DNA of 64,000 bases from the human T2T-CHM13v2.0 reference genome, Homo sapiens: assembly GCF_009914755.1 (NCBI RefSeq), contig NC_060928.1, one strand, 5' to 3'. Numbering within the stretch: position 1 is the first letter of the stretch; each line of letters begins with the position of its first letter. The translations under genes were made by a program, and so were the position numbers. This document shows positions 1 through 16,925 of the stretch, piece after piece. The notes beneath the pieces are model-generated. The model made no database searches and was not told the DNA's origin. It worked only from the letters and a program-made list of their open reading frames with translations.

Positions 1-719
1 AGCCATGCCAAGAAAATAAAACCCAGTGGTTCAGGGCCTATTGTAGGTACGAATGGAGAGAGAGAGTTCAGATGAGGGTGAAGATCAAAGTCTGAGAAGG
101 AAGGATTGATTGAGCAGGAGACAACTGTGTAAGTGCAAATTGCATAAACTTAAGGAAGCTCCTTCTTGTTAATGGCTCAGGAACAATAAAGACCAAAGAA
201 CACAACCAGAGCCTTACGTGTGTTTCCGATTCTCCTGCCTAAATACTGATGAGAGAATGATGGTGAAATGAAAGAGGATATAAAAGCAATGGGTCAGGAT
301 TATAGTCTATTTGGAGTCAACTCTTACAATGCTCAGGCATTTAGAAAAGGAAATCAATGTTATTTAATTAGAATTAATTAGAATTAATTAGCATGTCATT
401 TGCTACATAAACTAAGGTGACTTTCTTGTTTTCCTTTTAATATTTCCTGAAAAGTTTCTGTGATTATTATCTGTAGCTTAGTTTCCCAAAGGACTTTTTG
501 TTTAATTTTAGCCTCCCAAAAGTCATCAAGAAAAATGTCGATGTGTTGCTCACTGTAAATAATTTGCCATTTTTCTTTTCCAGATATTGTTTTGGGAAGA
601 TTAGGCCATAAAAACTAGAGCCAGCTCTAAAAGCTAAACTTAATATTAAGTAAAGCTTTTTACATATTATTTAAATTATATTTATAACTGTAATATGGAT
701 ATTAAATACAAATAATAAA

Positions 720-940
720 AACAAATACTATGTTGTTGACTGCATGCTTCACATGTAGCAACTGCTTCACACATATTAACCCATTTAGTCATCACCACTT
801 TTGAAGTAGGTATTACTCTTACTCATTGCTTACAGAGAGGACACTGAAGCAAAAAGTGATGAAATAACTTCTTCAGGGTCACAGTTTGTAAACTTCTAAG
901 CCAGGATTCAGACTTAAGCAATATACCCCCGTGCTTATCC
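720..940 (+). mobile_element. MIR SINE fragment (ancient)
   Basis: Degenerate MIR core, e.g. 'gtaggtattactcttactcattgcttacagagaggacactgaagc...aacttcttcagggtcacag...gccaggattcagac'; boundaries and strand approximate. Confidence 0.55.
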
Positions 941-1856
941 AATGTATTCCCCTACCTCTATTGGAGAAGAAACATGCACACATACACATACATGTTCACA
1001 CACATAGAGACACATTTGAAAAAAAAAAGCTTTACCTCAGATCAAAATGAGATGAAATCAATGAAATAAATTTGTGCTAGGAAGCATGTTTGGAATAATA
1101 TTGCCAGACAAGAAAAGGCTTTAATATCAATAGATCCCTAAAAGCCAAATGCCCGCTCTCGAGGATCATGGCCACAAAAAAAAAAAAAAAAAGAAATCAA
1201 GAAACTGCAGGATCAAGTAAAAACCAATTAAGGTAGTTCATCATCATTCACCAAACTAGGTCTGTTACCAATGACTTATATCTAAACAGAACTCTTCCTA
1301 TGGCCTCAGAAATAAATGAGGCTCTAATTTTTTTCTTTCTTGTCTCATAAATATCATTATGTAAAAGTATCTCCTTGATTTGCTTGTTCATTCAAGGGAA
1401 ACTTGAAGGAAATTTATCTTTATCTAGTCATTGGTCCATTTTGTTCTGTGACTCCTCATGGCCTTCAGGTACACTAACCAGGTCTACTAACAAACTTCTA
1501 CCTGAGGCAAATTGAAACTTAAGAGATAATTTCAAAGAAAGTGGTTTAAGAATCTTTGTCTCTGAACCCTGAACCAAGTTATGACATATTAATAATTAAA
1601 AAAATAATTTGGGCAAGCATTTTGCCCATTACCTGCATGATTATTGCTATGCTTAGTTTCACATTATTATGGGCAGTCCTGATGCCCACCTTCCCACAGC
1701 AAGGAGAGTGAGGATGATAAAGGAAAATTAAGCAGAAATGACTTGACAGAAAGAGAACAGAGGCTGAAAATAGAAATGAAAGAGGAAAATGAGTTTTGGA
1801 GACATGGAAAAAGAAAAATAAAAGAGAATACTTGAGAATAAATTAGAAGAGTTTTT

Positions 1857-6782
<4,926 letters not shown>

Positions 6783-7505
6783 AGAAGAGTTTTTAAGTAT
6801 AGAGGAACAAAAGGGAAACAAATTATTTTACTTCATAAGGAAATTCCAGGCACTGGATTTCTGGCCCCATTAAGATAATTTAGGTGAATTGAATACAAAG
6901 TTAATAAATATATAATTTGGTGAGAGGAAAAGGAACAGAAGTAATTGAATTTGTGAAGTAGAGAAAGTAAGAATTTAATGCAATATGCACATTTAAAAAT
7001 TGTTGTGGATATAGTTCATGAATGTTTCTTACCTACATTGTGTCAAACTGGGTAAATGTTTGGGGAATATTCCTAATTCCTGAACATTTATAAAAGGATA
7101 AAGTGCACTGTAACTGATTCAAAATGTTATTCATGTCAATAAGTTAGGATTAATTTTTGTTGTGTAAATGTTCTCTCATTAGCTAAATTTGTTATCCTTT
7201 GATGAATTAATCATTTTTACATTATTGTAGATGTTGAATTTTTAAACTTTAAATTTTAATTTTTTAAATGCTAAAATTAAACTATGCTTTTTTAATATCA
7301 GAAAATATATATAAAAGAAAAGAATAAAAATAAAGCAAAAATAAATGACTTTTTAATATCCTAGAGTATATATTTCTCAGTTTGCCATCTATGCATATGG
7401 ATGTGGTATAGGTTTCACAAAAATCTGAGTACCATAAATACTGTATAGTAACATAGTTTTTAAAACAGTATTTTGCACATTTAGCTATATAAACACAAAT
7501 GCTTC

Positions 7506-7690
7506 TGATATGCTTTGGCTGTGTGTACCCACCCAAATCTCATGTTTAATTGTAATCCCCAGTGTTGGGGGAGGGACCTGGTGGGAGTTGATTGGATCAT
7601 GGGGGTGGCTTTCCCCTTGCTGTTCTCATGATAGTTAGTGAGTTCTCATGAAATATGATGGTTTATAATTGTGGCACTTCCCCACTTTGT

Positions 7691-7734
<44 letters not shown>

Positions 7735-7936
7735 CACCCCTCTCCCTCTCCTGCTCCACTGTGGTAGACATGCTTGCTTCTCCTTCACCTTCTGCCATGA
7801 TTGTAAATTTCCTGAGGCCTCCCCAGCCATACTTCCTGTTAACCCTGTGGAACTGTGAGTCAATTAAACCTCTTTTCTTCATAAATTACCCAGTCTCAGG
7901 TAATTCTTTATCGCCGTGTGAGAACAGACTAACACT
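7506..7936 (+). mobile_element. MaLR solo LTR (MSTA/MSTB-like)
   Basis: Starts tgatatgctttggctgtgt...cccaaatctcatg, ends ...aattaaacctcttttcttcataaattacccagtctcagg...gaacagactaacac. 5-bp TSD-like gcttc/acttc. Confidence 0.85.
7692..7732. repeat. (CT)n microsatellite inside the MST LTR
   Basis: About 20 perfect CT units. Confidence 0.95.
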
Positions 7937-8253
7937 ACTTCTATGATATTTTTGAGGGCTTTGTGGCAATTCATTTAAAAACTAAACATTTCTCCCAACC
8001 TGTGTGGAAGTTTAATTTTCCAATTTTTTGCTATTATACAAAACAGAGATCATCCATCATAGCTAAATTTTTCTGCATATCCCTAATTGTTGCCTTAATC
8101 TAAGTTTCCCTGAAGAAAAATTAATGTAAAATGGGTCTACAGTCAAATTTTCATCTAGAGAGTATTTAATGATTTATAATTCTGCTAATAATATATGAAA
8201 ATGCCCATTTGCATATGAAAGGAATGCAAATCACTGGGAGTTAGAGGGCAAAC

Positions 8254-8800
8254 TGTAGTGGTAAACCCTAATGGGACCTCAAGAATCCCCTCCTTCCCGA
8301 ATTTAGAGCGTGTATAATCTCACCTTGAAAATAGGAAGGATGTATGACTTGCTTTTTTCTCACCAAGAGAATATAGCAAAGGTGATGAACATTACTTTAT
8401 AATTGATTATGTAACTTTATAAGGCAAAAGTGATAGGATGTCATTCTTGTAAGTATTACATTATGTTATATAAGACTCCTTCTTCCAGCAGGAAGGGTCT
8501 CTGTTTCTGGCTTTGAAGAAGAAAGCTGATATGAAATAAGTGGCAATGTTTGTAAAGCTCCCACAGAAAGAACTAGAGATAGCCTCTATGAGTTGGGGGT
8601 AACTTTTAGCTGGAAACCAAAACCCTCAGCCCTTCTGCAGCAAGGAAATAAATTCTGCCAACAACCTGAGGGAGCTTGGAAGCAGATCTTCCCACAGGCG
8701 AGCCTCTGATGAGACCACTGTCCTGCTGACAGCTGGACAGTAGGCTGGCAAGGCCCTAAATTGGAGAATTTGTGATACAACAATAGAAAACTGATATGCT
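8254..8800 (+). mobile_element. MLT1-type MaLR LTR (old)
   Basis: 'aattctgccaacaacctgagggagcttggaagcagatctt' and 3' end 'gagaatttgtgatacaacaatagaaaactgatat' are typical of MLT1. Confidence 0.65.
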
Positions 8801-8809
8801 AATCAAGCT

Positions 8810-9440
8810 GTCCATTTATTTACTATTTATATTTATTTATTTACATTAGTATTGACTCATGGCTTCCTATTCTTTACTGTTAATGTGTGCTTTCATATTG
8901 TTCTAGATTTGGCTAGTGTGAGCCCCTTCAATCAGGTTTCTGTGTCTTTTAGACACGTGCCCACCATTTTTTGTGTATCTCCTTCCTTTTTGGCATAATG
9001 AGATGTTCAAGGCTCATATTATACTTTCTCTTATCTAACTATGGAATCTGCTATTTTCTTCAAAGACCCTTGATTCTTCAGAGTAGAAAATGGTTTTTAG
9101 AAACCAAAATGGGTGCTCACTTTTAGAATGCCACTATTCCCAGGCCCTTTCTATGGACAAGGATAAGAAAAAATATATATATGTATATATATATATATGC
9201 CACTTGTACATACTCATATTTATTTTTGGTTATACTTCTGCATCCGTCAATGTATGTTGGAGACTGTGAGTTTACACTGATACCGCCAGTTCCAGTCTAA
9301 CATAGCAAGAATCATTCTGGCTTTATCATTTTACAGTGAAAATACCAGATATCATTATCCAACAGTGAAAATACCAGATCTCATTATCCATAAGATATTT
9401 ACATATTTGATCAATACTTATGTATGTAACTAATCTCCCA
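8810..9440 (-). mobile_element. Old L1M (L1MC/ME-type) 3' fragment
   Basis: 'gatgttcaaggctcatattatacttt...tggtttttagaaaccaaaatgggtgct' resembles antisense L1MC/ME 3' end; highly degenerate. Confidence 0.45.
9333..9390. repeat. 29-bp tandem duplication
   Basis: acagtgaaaataccagat(a/c)tcattatcca x2. Confidence 0.9.
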
Positions 9441-11578
9441 CTGCCACTGCTCCTTCCCCTTTGCAGACAGTGTCCTAATGTCACTCAGGTTCCGATATTC
9501 TTCCCAAATCTCTATGCTGCCTCCTTTACATCATCCTTCTTTGCCTCCCCACCACCCTTTTACCAGCATAGACATTTGCTTTACCTGCTTGAAATTTAAA
9601 TACTTAAGTTAGGATGCTCACCCCTCTTCCCCCACATGGATGCCCTCTTAACCACAGTTGGACTCTGGCACTTCTCATCAGGTCATTTTTCACAGGGATG
9701 TTCTCCTTATCCTGCTTGTTTCCAGGCATGCTATGCCAGGCGGCTGATGTGCATGGGCAGCTTTTTATCACACTCAACCTCCAGCAATCCATGCTAGGCC
9801 CTCCTATTTGCTCTTTTCCCAGTAGTGAGCTTTTCCTTTGGATAGATGATATCCTCACACATTTTCGACTTTGACACCCAGCTCTGGAAAGCTTTTCTAT
9901 CCACATTTAGACTCTGACACTCTTCATTAGGCCATATCACCCTATTAATCCTGCCTAGATTCATATCCTACAATGGGGTGCTCCAATGCATGGATATCCT
10001 CTTTACCCTTCTTGGGCTTGAGAGCTCTTCTGTGCCAAAGCCCTTCTCACCCTGCTTGAGCACCAATCTAGGTCCCCATGACTCACTCCATTTTCCTAGT
10101 GCCAACACCTACCTTGGTCAGCCTCACCTAATGGCTGTAGACTTAATTATTTAGAAGGAGAAAGGGAAAATGGGGAAGGGCAAAGTAAGAGAAGGGAAAC
10201 AGAATGGGAAGGGGAATGAGAAAAGGAAGGGAAAGAGCCATAAATATTTTTTATTCTATTTCAGAATGAGCATCATTGATATCCGTATATGCAATGATTC
10301 TACATATTTTCAGGTCTTATAAGCTTGCTCAATTTAAATATGTTTACACAATTTTAAAATTTATTTTATTATTACCAAATGAGAAATTTGGTTATAATTG
10401 AACTTTTTATTTAAAAAGAAAATGCCCCATCCAATCATCTGTGCCTGGCACATATAAGAGATGTAAGAGAGTACAAAAAGTTAATTTCTGTTTTTTTGAA
10501 AGAAATGTTTATAAATTTGGTATTGAATTTTTTACATAAAATATCAACCAACATATGTTCATTCTCTGTGAGATATCTTCAAGTACTGAATATTCTTTAC
10601 CTGTCAAAATACAAAAACTATAATTGAACACTAAATCGGGTTATAATTTTTATAATCTCTCTAATGTTATTACTTTCCATATACAAATATAAAATTTAAC
10701 CAAAATGATAGATTTTATCACCTACACAACATGAGAAAGTATTTTATCTTCTTTTCTCACTAAATTTTTAAATATTGCCCATCTTCTATAGTCAGTACAA
10801 ATTTCATGTAATTGTTAAATGGTCAAAAATGGTGATAGTTAAGTCCATGGTGAATGACAACTATTGAAAATGGTAATATGGAAAAATAAGTCTTCCTTTC
10901 ACTCCTTACCCTCAAATCATAATAGAAAATCACAGATACTGGTTTCTTGGGTAATTACCCATAAATATTAAATATGTGTAGAACTGATGAAATACATCAA
11001 TCCATAGATTCAAGAACTTCCATGAGCCTGAACACTTTTCAAGTATTTGCCTGCAACCAGAAAAGAATACTCAAGTATCAGGTGGTAATGGCATTAAAGG
11101 GCAAGAATTTGGGCAAGAAAGAATATCTGCCACAGAGACAAATGGAATTCTAGTCTCCTTTCTATCACCTCAGAAGACTAGATCTTGTGATGGTCAACTT
11201 AGAGGGGAGTGAATATGGACACTTCCTGGGTCAATTTTCACTTTCTAAAATAAAATGCTTTATACTCAAATGACAGAACAAACACGTCTTGCAGACTAAA
11301 ACCAGTGACGTGTTGGTTTGTCACTTATTGAGCAGATTAAAAAATAAAAACAATTGAATTTTTAAAACTACAAAAATGATCACAGAGAGATTATATGTGC
11401 TCTATATTAATAAAGCAGTAGTTGTATTTGAGAACATTTTAAACTACCTATGTTTTAGCATGTATCATACTAATTGTTAAAATGTATATTAAAATGAAAG
11501 TTGGATTTCTTTCTCCAAATAGAGCCAGCAAATTCCCTAGAATAGCTTGCCTACCTCACTTCATGACCAATGAAAATG

Positions 11579-11651
11579 TACCATGCTTAGTCCACAATTA
11601 AACTCTACCATGCTTAGTCCACAATTAAAATCTACCCTGCTTAGTCCACAA
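11579..11651. repeat. 27-bp minisatellite, ~2.7 copies
   Basis: taccatgcttagtccacaattaaactc / taccatgcttagtccacaattaaaatc / taccctgcttagtccacaa. Confidence 0.9.
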
Positions 11652-12299
11652 AAGTATAATGTGTCAATTAAAATGTAATATATGGATTCTCCACATTTTT
11701 GAGAAATGCTTTGAAATTAACTCAAATCTGTACTTTAAGAGAAGATTGTATTCAATAAAATCTTCGTCCTTGAAGTGAAAGTATAGCAAGAATAAAATGA
11801 TGAGAAAACAATAAAGGAAGAAATGAACTGATTGTTCAATGGCTAGAGCATAACCAAGTTTTTACTGGAATATAGAGGTATTGATTGTAAATTGCGTCTT
11901 GGTGGTCAAACCACAAAGGCATGATGTAATCAATGATAAAACTATATATAGTACTACATAATTACTTACATAACACTTTTTAATCCTGTTTTCTTCTTTT
12001 TCTAGAGTCCTTGTAAAATGTATTAAATAGTGTAACTCATGGTAACTTTTATAATGATAACATTTACTGAAATATAGCTTATGGAACATGTCAGTAATGA
12101 CAAATGCATCCTAAAATATCCATTTTGTAATCGGTTTTTATTTTCAGACTGTTTATTACATCTGTAAATTTTGTAATATACTATAGGTTTTACATTGTAA
12201 GATTTTGGTTGATTTTAATTTCTTATGTGTTTAATGTAATATTTAACTTTTATAAAAAGTAAAACTTATTTTGAGGTAACAATTATTTTTTCTCCATGG

Positions 12300-12545
12300 C
12301 CATATTATAAATAATAATATTTATTATTTATTCAGTAAATGCCAGGCACTTAATTTTTTTTATTTCTTTCTACAATCTTTTGAGGTAGATACCATTTTTA
12401 TCCTCCACATTTTGCCAGAGAGAAAACTGTATTTTAGAGAAGTAATAAATCCACGATTACATAGTTACAATGTGGTAAAAGAATGATTGAAATTCAGGAT
12501 TGTCTAACTCCAAGCCTCATAATCAGCTACTACATTATACTGTCA
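12300..12545 (+). mobile_element. MIR SINE fragment
   Basis: 'tgccaggcact...tgaggtagataccattttatcctccacattttgccagagagaaaactg...ttcaggattgtctaactccaagcc'; strand label approximate. Confidence 0.55.
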
Positions 12546-13037
12546 CAGATAATAACTAATTTTGTTTTTAATCTCCATAATTGTGATTTTCCACAGGAAA
12601 AATGGCAATTAAAGACTGCTTCAATTGTAAGAGCTATGACTATAGATGTTAGAAATAAGTGCTATGATCAGTGGCCTACATTCACTCTGCAGAACATGCC
12701 AAAGTGTGCATTCCTCACATGCTCCTCAGGTTGCTTACTCAAGAGCCCAGCAGTGCAGGTGAGGGCTGATGTACCTGGCTTACACCATGGTTGTGCTGGG
12801 TGAAATTAATAGGATGTCGCAAAGCTGGAGAACATTCAGCAACAAGAAACTTTTAATTGGCTCATTTCCATTTATCTCCCATGTTAGCACCATTTCCCAT
12901 CTGAAGTTTCAGAAAACATTCTTTAAATGAGAAGGAATGACTGACTTGTGCCTTAAACTTTTCTAGTATATTTATTATGTTTCTTTTACCAGTGTTAGTT
13001 AAATGATTGCAAATAACACTTATTACTACTTTTCTGG

Positions 13038-13503
13038 TGCAGGGGAGAAAATACTTCTCATTCATCACAAGGTGTTTTATGGCTGAGACACCTATAAAAT
13101 AAGACAGATTAACAAAAGAAAAGCATTCAAATTTACTTACTGTAAGTTTTATGTGACATAGGGGTCTTCAGAAGCAAGGACAGTTGTGCAGAAGTATATT
13201 TGGAGGACAAAGGGGAATAACCTAATGGTAACAAACTGGGTGGAGCAAAGCAAGATCTGTTTGTTCAGATTCTTTTCTGTGCTCTGTGTCTTCAGGAATA
13301 AGGGCATTTATTTCTTCCAGGTATAGGGAGGATAGCTCTGAGATGAAGATTTTATGACTTACTTTAGAGAAAGGTCAGAGAATTATTTAATGGCCTCTTC
13401 ATGAAAAAAGGCAAGGGGAAGATAGAAGTGAACTTCCTGCTTCTGACGTTTTCTCAAATGCTAAGGTGCCATATTTTGGGGAAGAATGTGCTAAAGACTG
13501 TCA
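13038..13503 (-). mobile_element. ERV1-class solo LTR (MER31/MER67-like)
   Basis: TG...CA termini. Minus-strand start tgacagtctttagcacattcttccccaaaatatggcaccttagcatttgagaaaacgtcagaagcaggaag resembles MER31/MER67-group LTRs. 4-bp TSD-like ctgg/ctga. Confidence 0.65.
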
Positions 13504-13690
13504 CTGACAAATAGTTTGAAGCACATGTCATTCTCAAAGTTAGAAACAATGTTGTTGGTCAAATACTACATATCTCCTCCCCTATTGCCCTATGCCTACT
13601 ATTTTTTAATATTCATCATTTAGAATTGAAGTCTTAAACAATTCTATTGAACTCTTTAAGTGCATTGCAGGTTAGAAATATGAATTTTAC

Positions 13691-16597
13691 GTTCCATCAA
13701 TAACTAGTTTATTGAGAGTTTTTAGCATGAAAGGCTGTTCAATTTGTTGAAGGCCTTTTCTGCATCTATTGAGATAATCGTGTGGTTTTTGTTATTGGTT
13801 CTGTTTATGTGATGGATTATATTTCTTGATTTGCTTATGTTGAACCAGCCTTGCATCCCAGGGATGAAGCCGACTTGATCCGGATGGATAAGCTTTTTGA
13901 TGTGCTGCTGGATTTGTTTTGCCAGTATTTTATTGAGGGTTTTTGCATCAATGTTCAATAGGGATATTGGTCTGAAATTTTCTTTTCTTGATGTATCTCT
14001 GCCAGGTTTCGGTATCAGGATAATGCTGGCCTCATAAAATGGTTAGGGAAGATTCCATCTTTTTCTATTGTTGGAATAGTTTCAGAATGAATGGTACCAG
14101 ATCCTCTTTGTACCTCTGGTAGAATTCGGCTGTGAATCCACGTGGTCCTGGATTTCTTTTGGTTGGTAGGCTATTAATTACTGCCTCAATTTCAGAACTT
14201 TTTTTTGGTCTATTCAGGGATTCCACTTCTTCCTGGTTTAGTCTTGGGAGGGTGTATGTGCCCAGAATGTATCCATTTCTTCTAGATTTTCTAGTTTATT
14301 TGTGTAGAGGTGTTTATAGTATTTTCTGAGGGTAGTTTGTATTTCTGTGGGATCGGCGGTGATATCTCCTTTATCATTTTTATTGCATCTATTTGATTCT
14401 TCTCTCTTTTCTTCTTCATTAGTCTTTCTGGTGGTCTATCTATTTTGTTGATCTTTTCAAAAAACCAGGTCCTGGATTCATTGATTTTTTGAAGGATTTT
14501 TCATGTGTCTATCTCCTTCAGTACTGCTCTGATCTTAGTTATTTCTTGTCTTCTGCTAGCTTTTGAATATGACAAACTCATAGCCAATATCATACTGAAT
14601 GGGCAAAAACTGGAAGCATTCCCTTTGAAAACCAGCATAAGACAAGGATGCCCTCTCTCACCACTCCTATTCAACATAGTATTGGAAGTTCTGGCCAGGG
14701 CAATCAGGCAAGAGAAAGAAATAAAAGGTATTCAAGTAGGAAGACAGGAAGTCAAATTTTCTCTGTTCGCAGATGACATGATTTTATATTTAGAAAACCC
14801 CATCATCTCAGCTCAAAATATCCTTAAGCTGGTAAACAACTTCAGCAAAGTCTCAGGATACAAAATCAATATGCAAAAATCACAAGCATTCCTATACACC
14901 GATAACAAACAAACAGAGAGCCAAATAATGAGTGAACTCCCATTCACAATTGCTACTAAGAGAATAAAATACCTAGGAATACGACTTACAAGGGATGTGA
15001 AGGAACTCTTCAAGGAGAACTACAAATCACTTCTCAATGAAATAAGAGAGGACACAAACAAATGGAAAAACATTCCATGCTCATGGATAGGAAGAACGAA
15101 TATCGTGAAAAGTAATTTAGAGATTCAATGCTATCCCCATCTAGCTACCACTGACTTTCTTCATAGAATTAGAAAAAACTACTTTAAATTTCATATGGAC
15201 CCAAAAAAGAGCCCACATAGCCAAGACAATCCTATGCCAAAAGAACAAAGCTAAAGGCATCATGCTACCTGACTTCGAACTATACTACAAGGCGTCAGTA
15301 ACCAAAACAGCATGGTACTGGTAGTAAAACAAATATATAGACCAAAGAGAACAGAAACCTGAGAAATAACATCACACATCTACAACCATCTGATCTTTGA
15401 CAAAGGATCCCTTCCTTACACCGTGTACAAAAATTAACTCAAGATGGATTAAAGACTTAAACCTAAGACCTAACACCATAAAAACCCTGGAAGAAAACCT
15501 AGACAATACTATTTGGGACACAGGCATGGACAAAGACTTCATGACTAAAACACCAAAAGCAATGGCAACAAAAGCCAAAATTGGCAAATGGGATCTAATT
15601 AAACTAAAGAGCTTTTGCACAGCAAAATAAACTATCATCAGAGTGAACAGGCAACCTGCAGAACGGGAGAAAATGTTTGCAATCTATCCATCTGACAAAG
15701 GGCTAATATCCAGAATCTACAAAGAACATAAATTTACAAGAAAAAAAAAAACAACCCCATCAAAAAATGGGCAAAGGATATGAATAGACACTTCTCAAAA
15801 GAAGACATTCTTGCAGCCAACAAACACATGAAAAAAGGCTAATCATTGCTGGTCATGAGAGAAATGCAAATAAAAACCACAATGAGATACCATGTCATGC
15901 CAGTTAGAATAACAATCATTAAAAAGTCAGGAAACAACAGATGCTGGAGAGGATGTAGAGAAATAGGAACACTTTTACACTGTTGGGAGTGCAAATTAGT
16001 TTAACCATTGTGGAAGACAGTGTGGCAATTCCTCAAGGATCTAGAACTAGAAATACCATGTGACCCAGCAATCCCATTACTGGGTATGTACCCAGAGGAT
16101 TAGAAATCATTCTACTATAAAGACACATGCAGATGTATGTTTATTGAGGCACTGTTCCCAATAGCAAAGACTTGGAACCAACCCAAATGCCCATCAGTGA
16201 TAGACTGGATAAAGAAAATGTGGCACATATACACCATGAAATACTATGCAGCCACAAAAAAGGATGAGTTCATGTCCTTTGCAGGGACATAGATGAAGCT
16301 GGAAACCATCATTCTCAGCAAACTAACACAAGAAAAGAAAACCAAACACCACATGTTCTCATTCATAAGTGGGAGTTGAACAATGAGAACACATGGACAC
16401 AGGGCTGGTGGGGATCACACACTAGGGCCTGTCAGGGGGTGTGGGTCTGGGGGAGGGGTAGCATTAGGATAAATAGCTAATGTAGATTACTGGTTGATGG
16501 GTGCAACAAACCATTATGGTACATGTATACCTATGTAATAAACCTGCACGTTCTGCACATGTACCCCAGAACTTGAAGTAAAATAATAATAAGAAAA
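13691..16597 (+). mobile_element. 5'-truncated, 5'-inverted L1PA (L1PA7-like): inverted segment 13691-~14568, sense segment ~14568-16597
   Basis: ORF2 is antisense ([13 protein letters not shown]...[14 protein letters not shown]) and then sense (YDK...[11 protein letters not shown]...FADDMI), followed by 3'UTR and A-rich tail. 17-bp TSD agaaatatgaattttac (13674-13690) / agaaatacggattttac (16598-16614). Confidence 0.93.
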
Positions 16598-16647
16598 AGA
16601 AATACGGATTTTACAAATTATATATTTAGAGACATATCTTAAGTAAT

Positions 16648-16925
16648 CATCTAGCATCATTGTCAATAAAAATATAGTGTAAGCTACATATACAATTTTG
16701 AATATTCTCATAGTCACTTTAATTATTTTAAAAAGATATAATTCATTTTAATATTTTATATTTAATATATCAAAACATAATTTTAATGTGTAATCATTTA
16801 AAATGTATTAATAAGATATTTTATGTTATATTTTTCATACTAAGTCTTCAAAGTCCAATGTGTATTTCACAGTTACAAAACATTTCATTGTGTCCCAGCC
16901 ACATTTAAAGTGCTCAGTAGCCATA
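16648..16925. mobile_element. hAT-Charlie MITE (MER33/MER3-like)
   Basis: 'gtcaataaaaatatagtgtaagctacatatacaattttgaatattctcatagtcac...agccacatttaaagtgctcagtagcca'. Confidence 0.55.

Noticed and set aside
364-391. (ttaattagaa) x~3 repeat
   Set aside because: Short AT-rich slippage repeat with no evidence of function
11579-11651. CRISPR-like short repeats (also 51812-51900)
   Set aside because: Eukaryotic DNA, only 2-3 units, head-to-tail or a single spacer, no cas genes
14505-15254. 249-aa ORF with a hydrophobic signal-like N-terminus fused to an RT core
   Set aside because: By-product of the inversion junction (antisense L1 plus sense L1), non-ATG start, no promoter evidence
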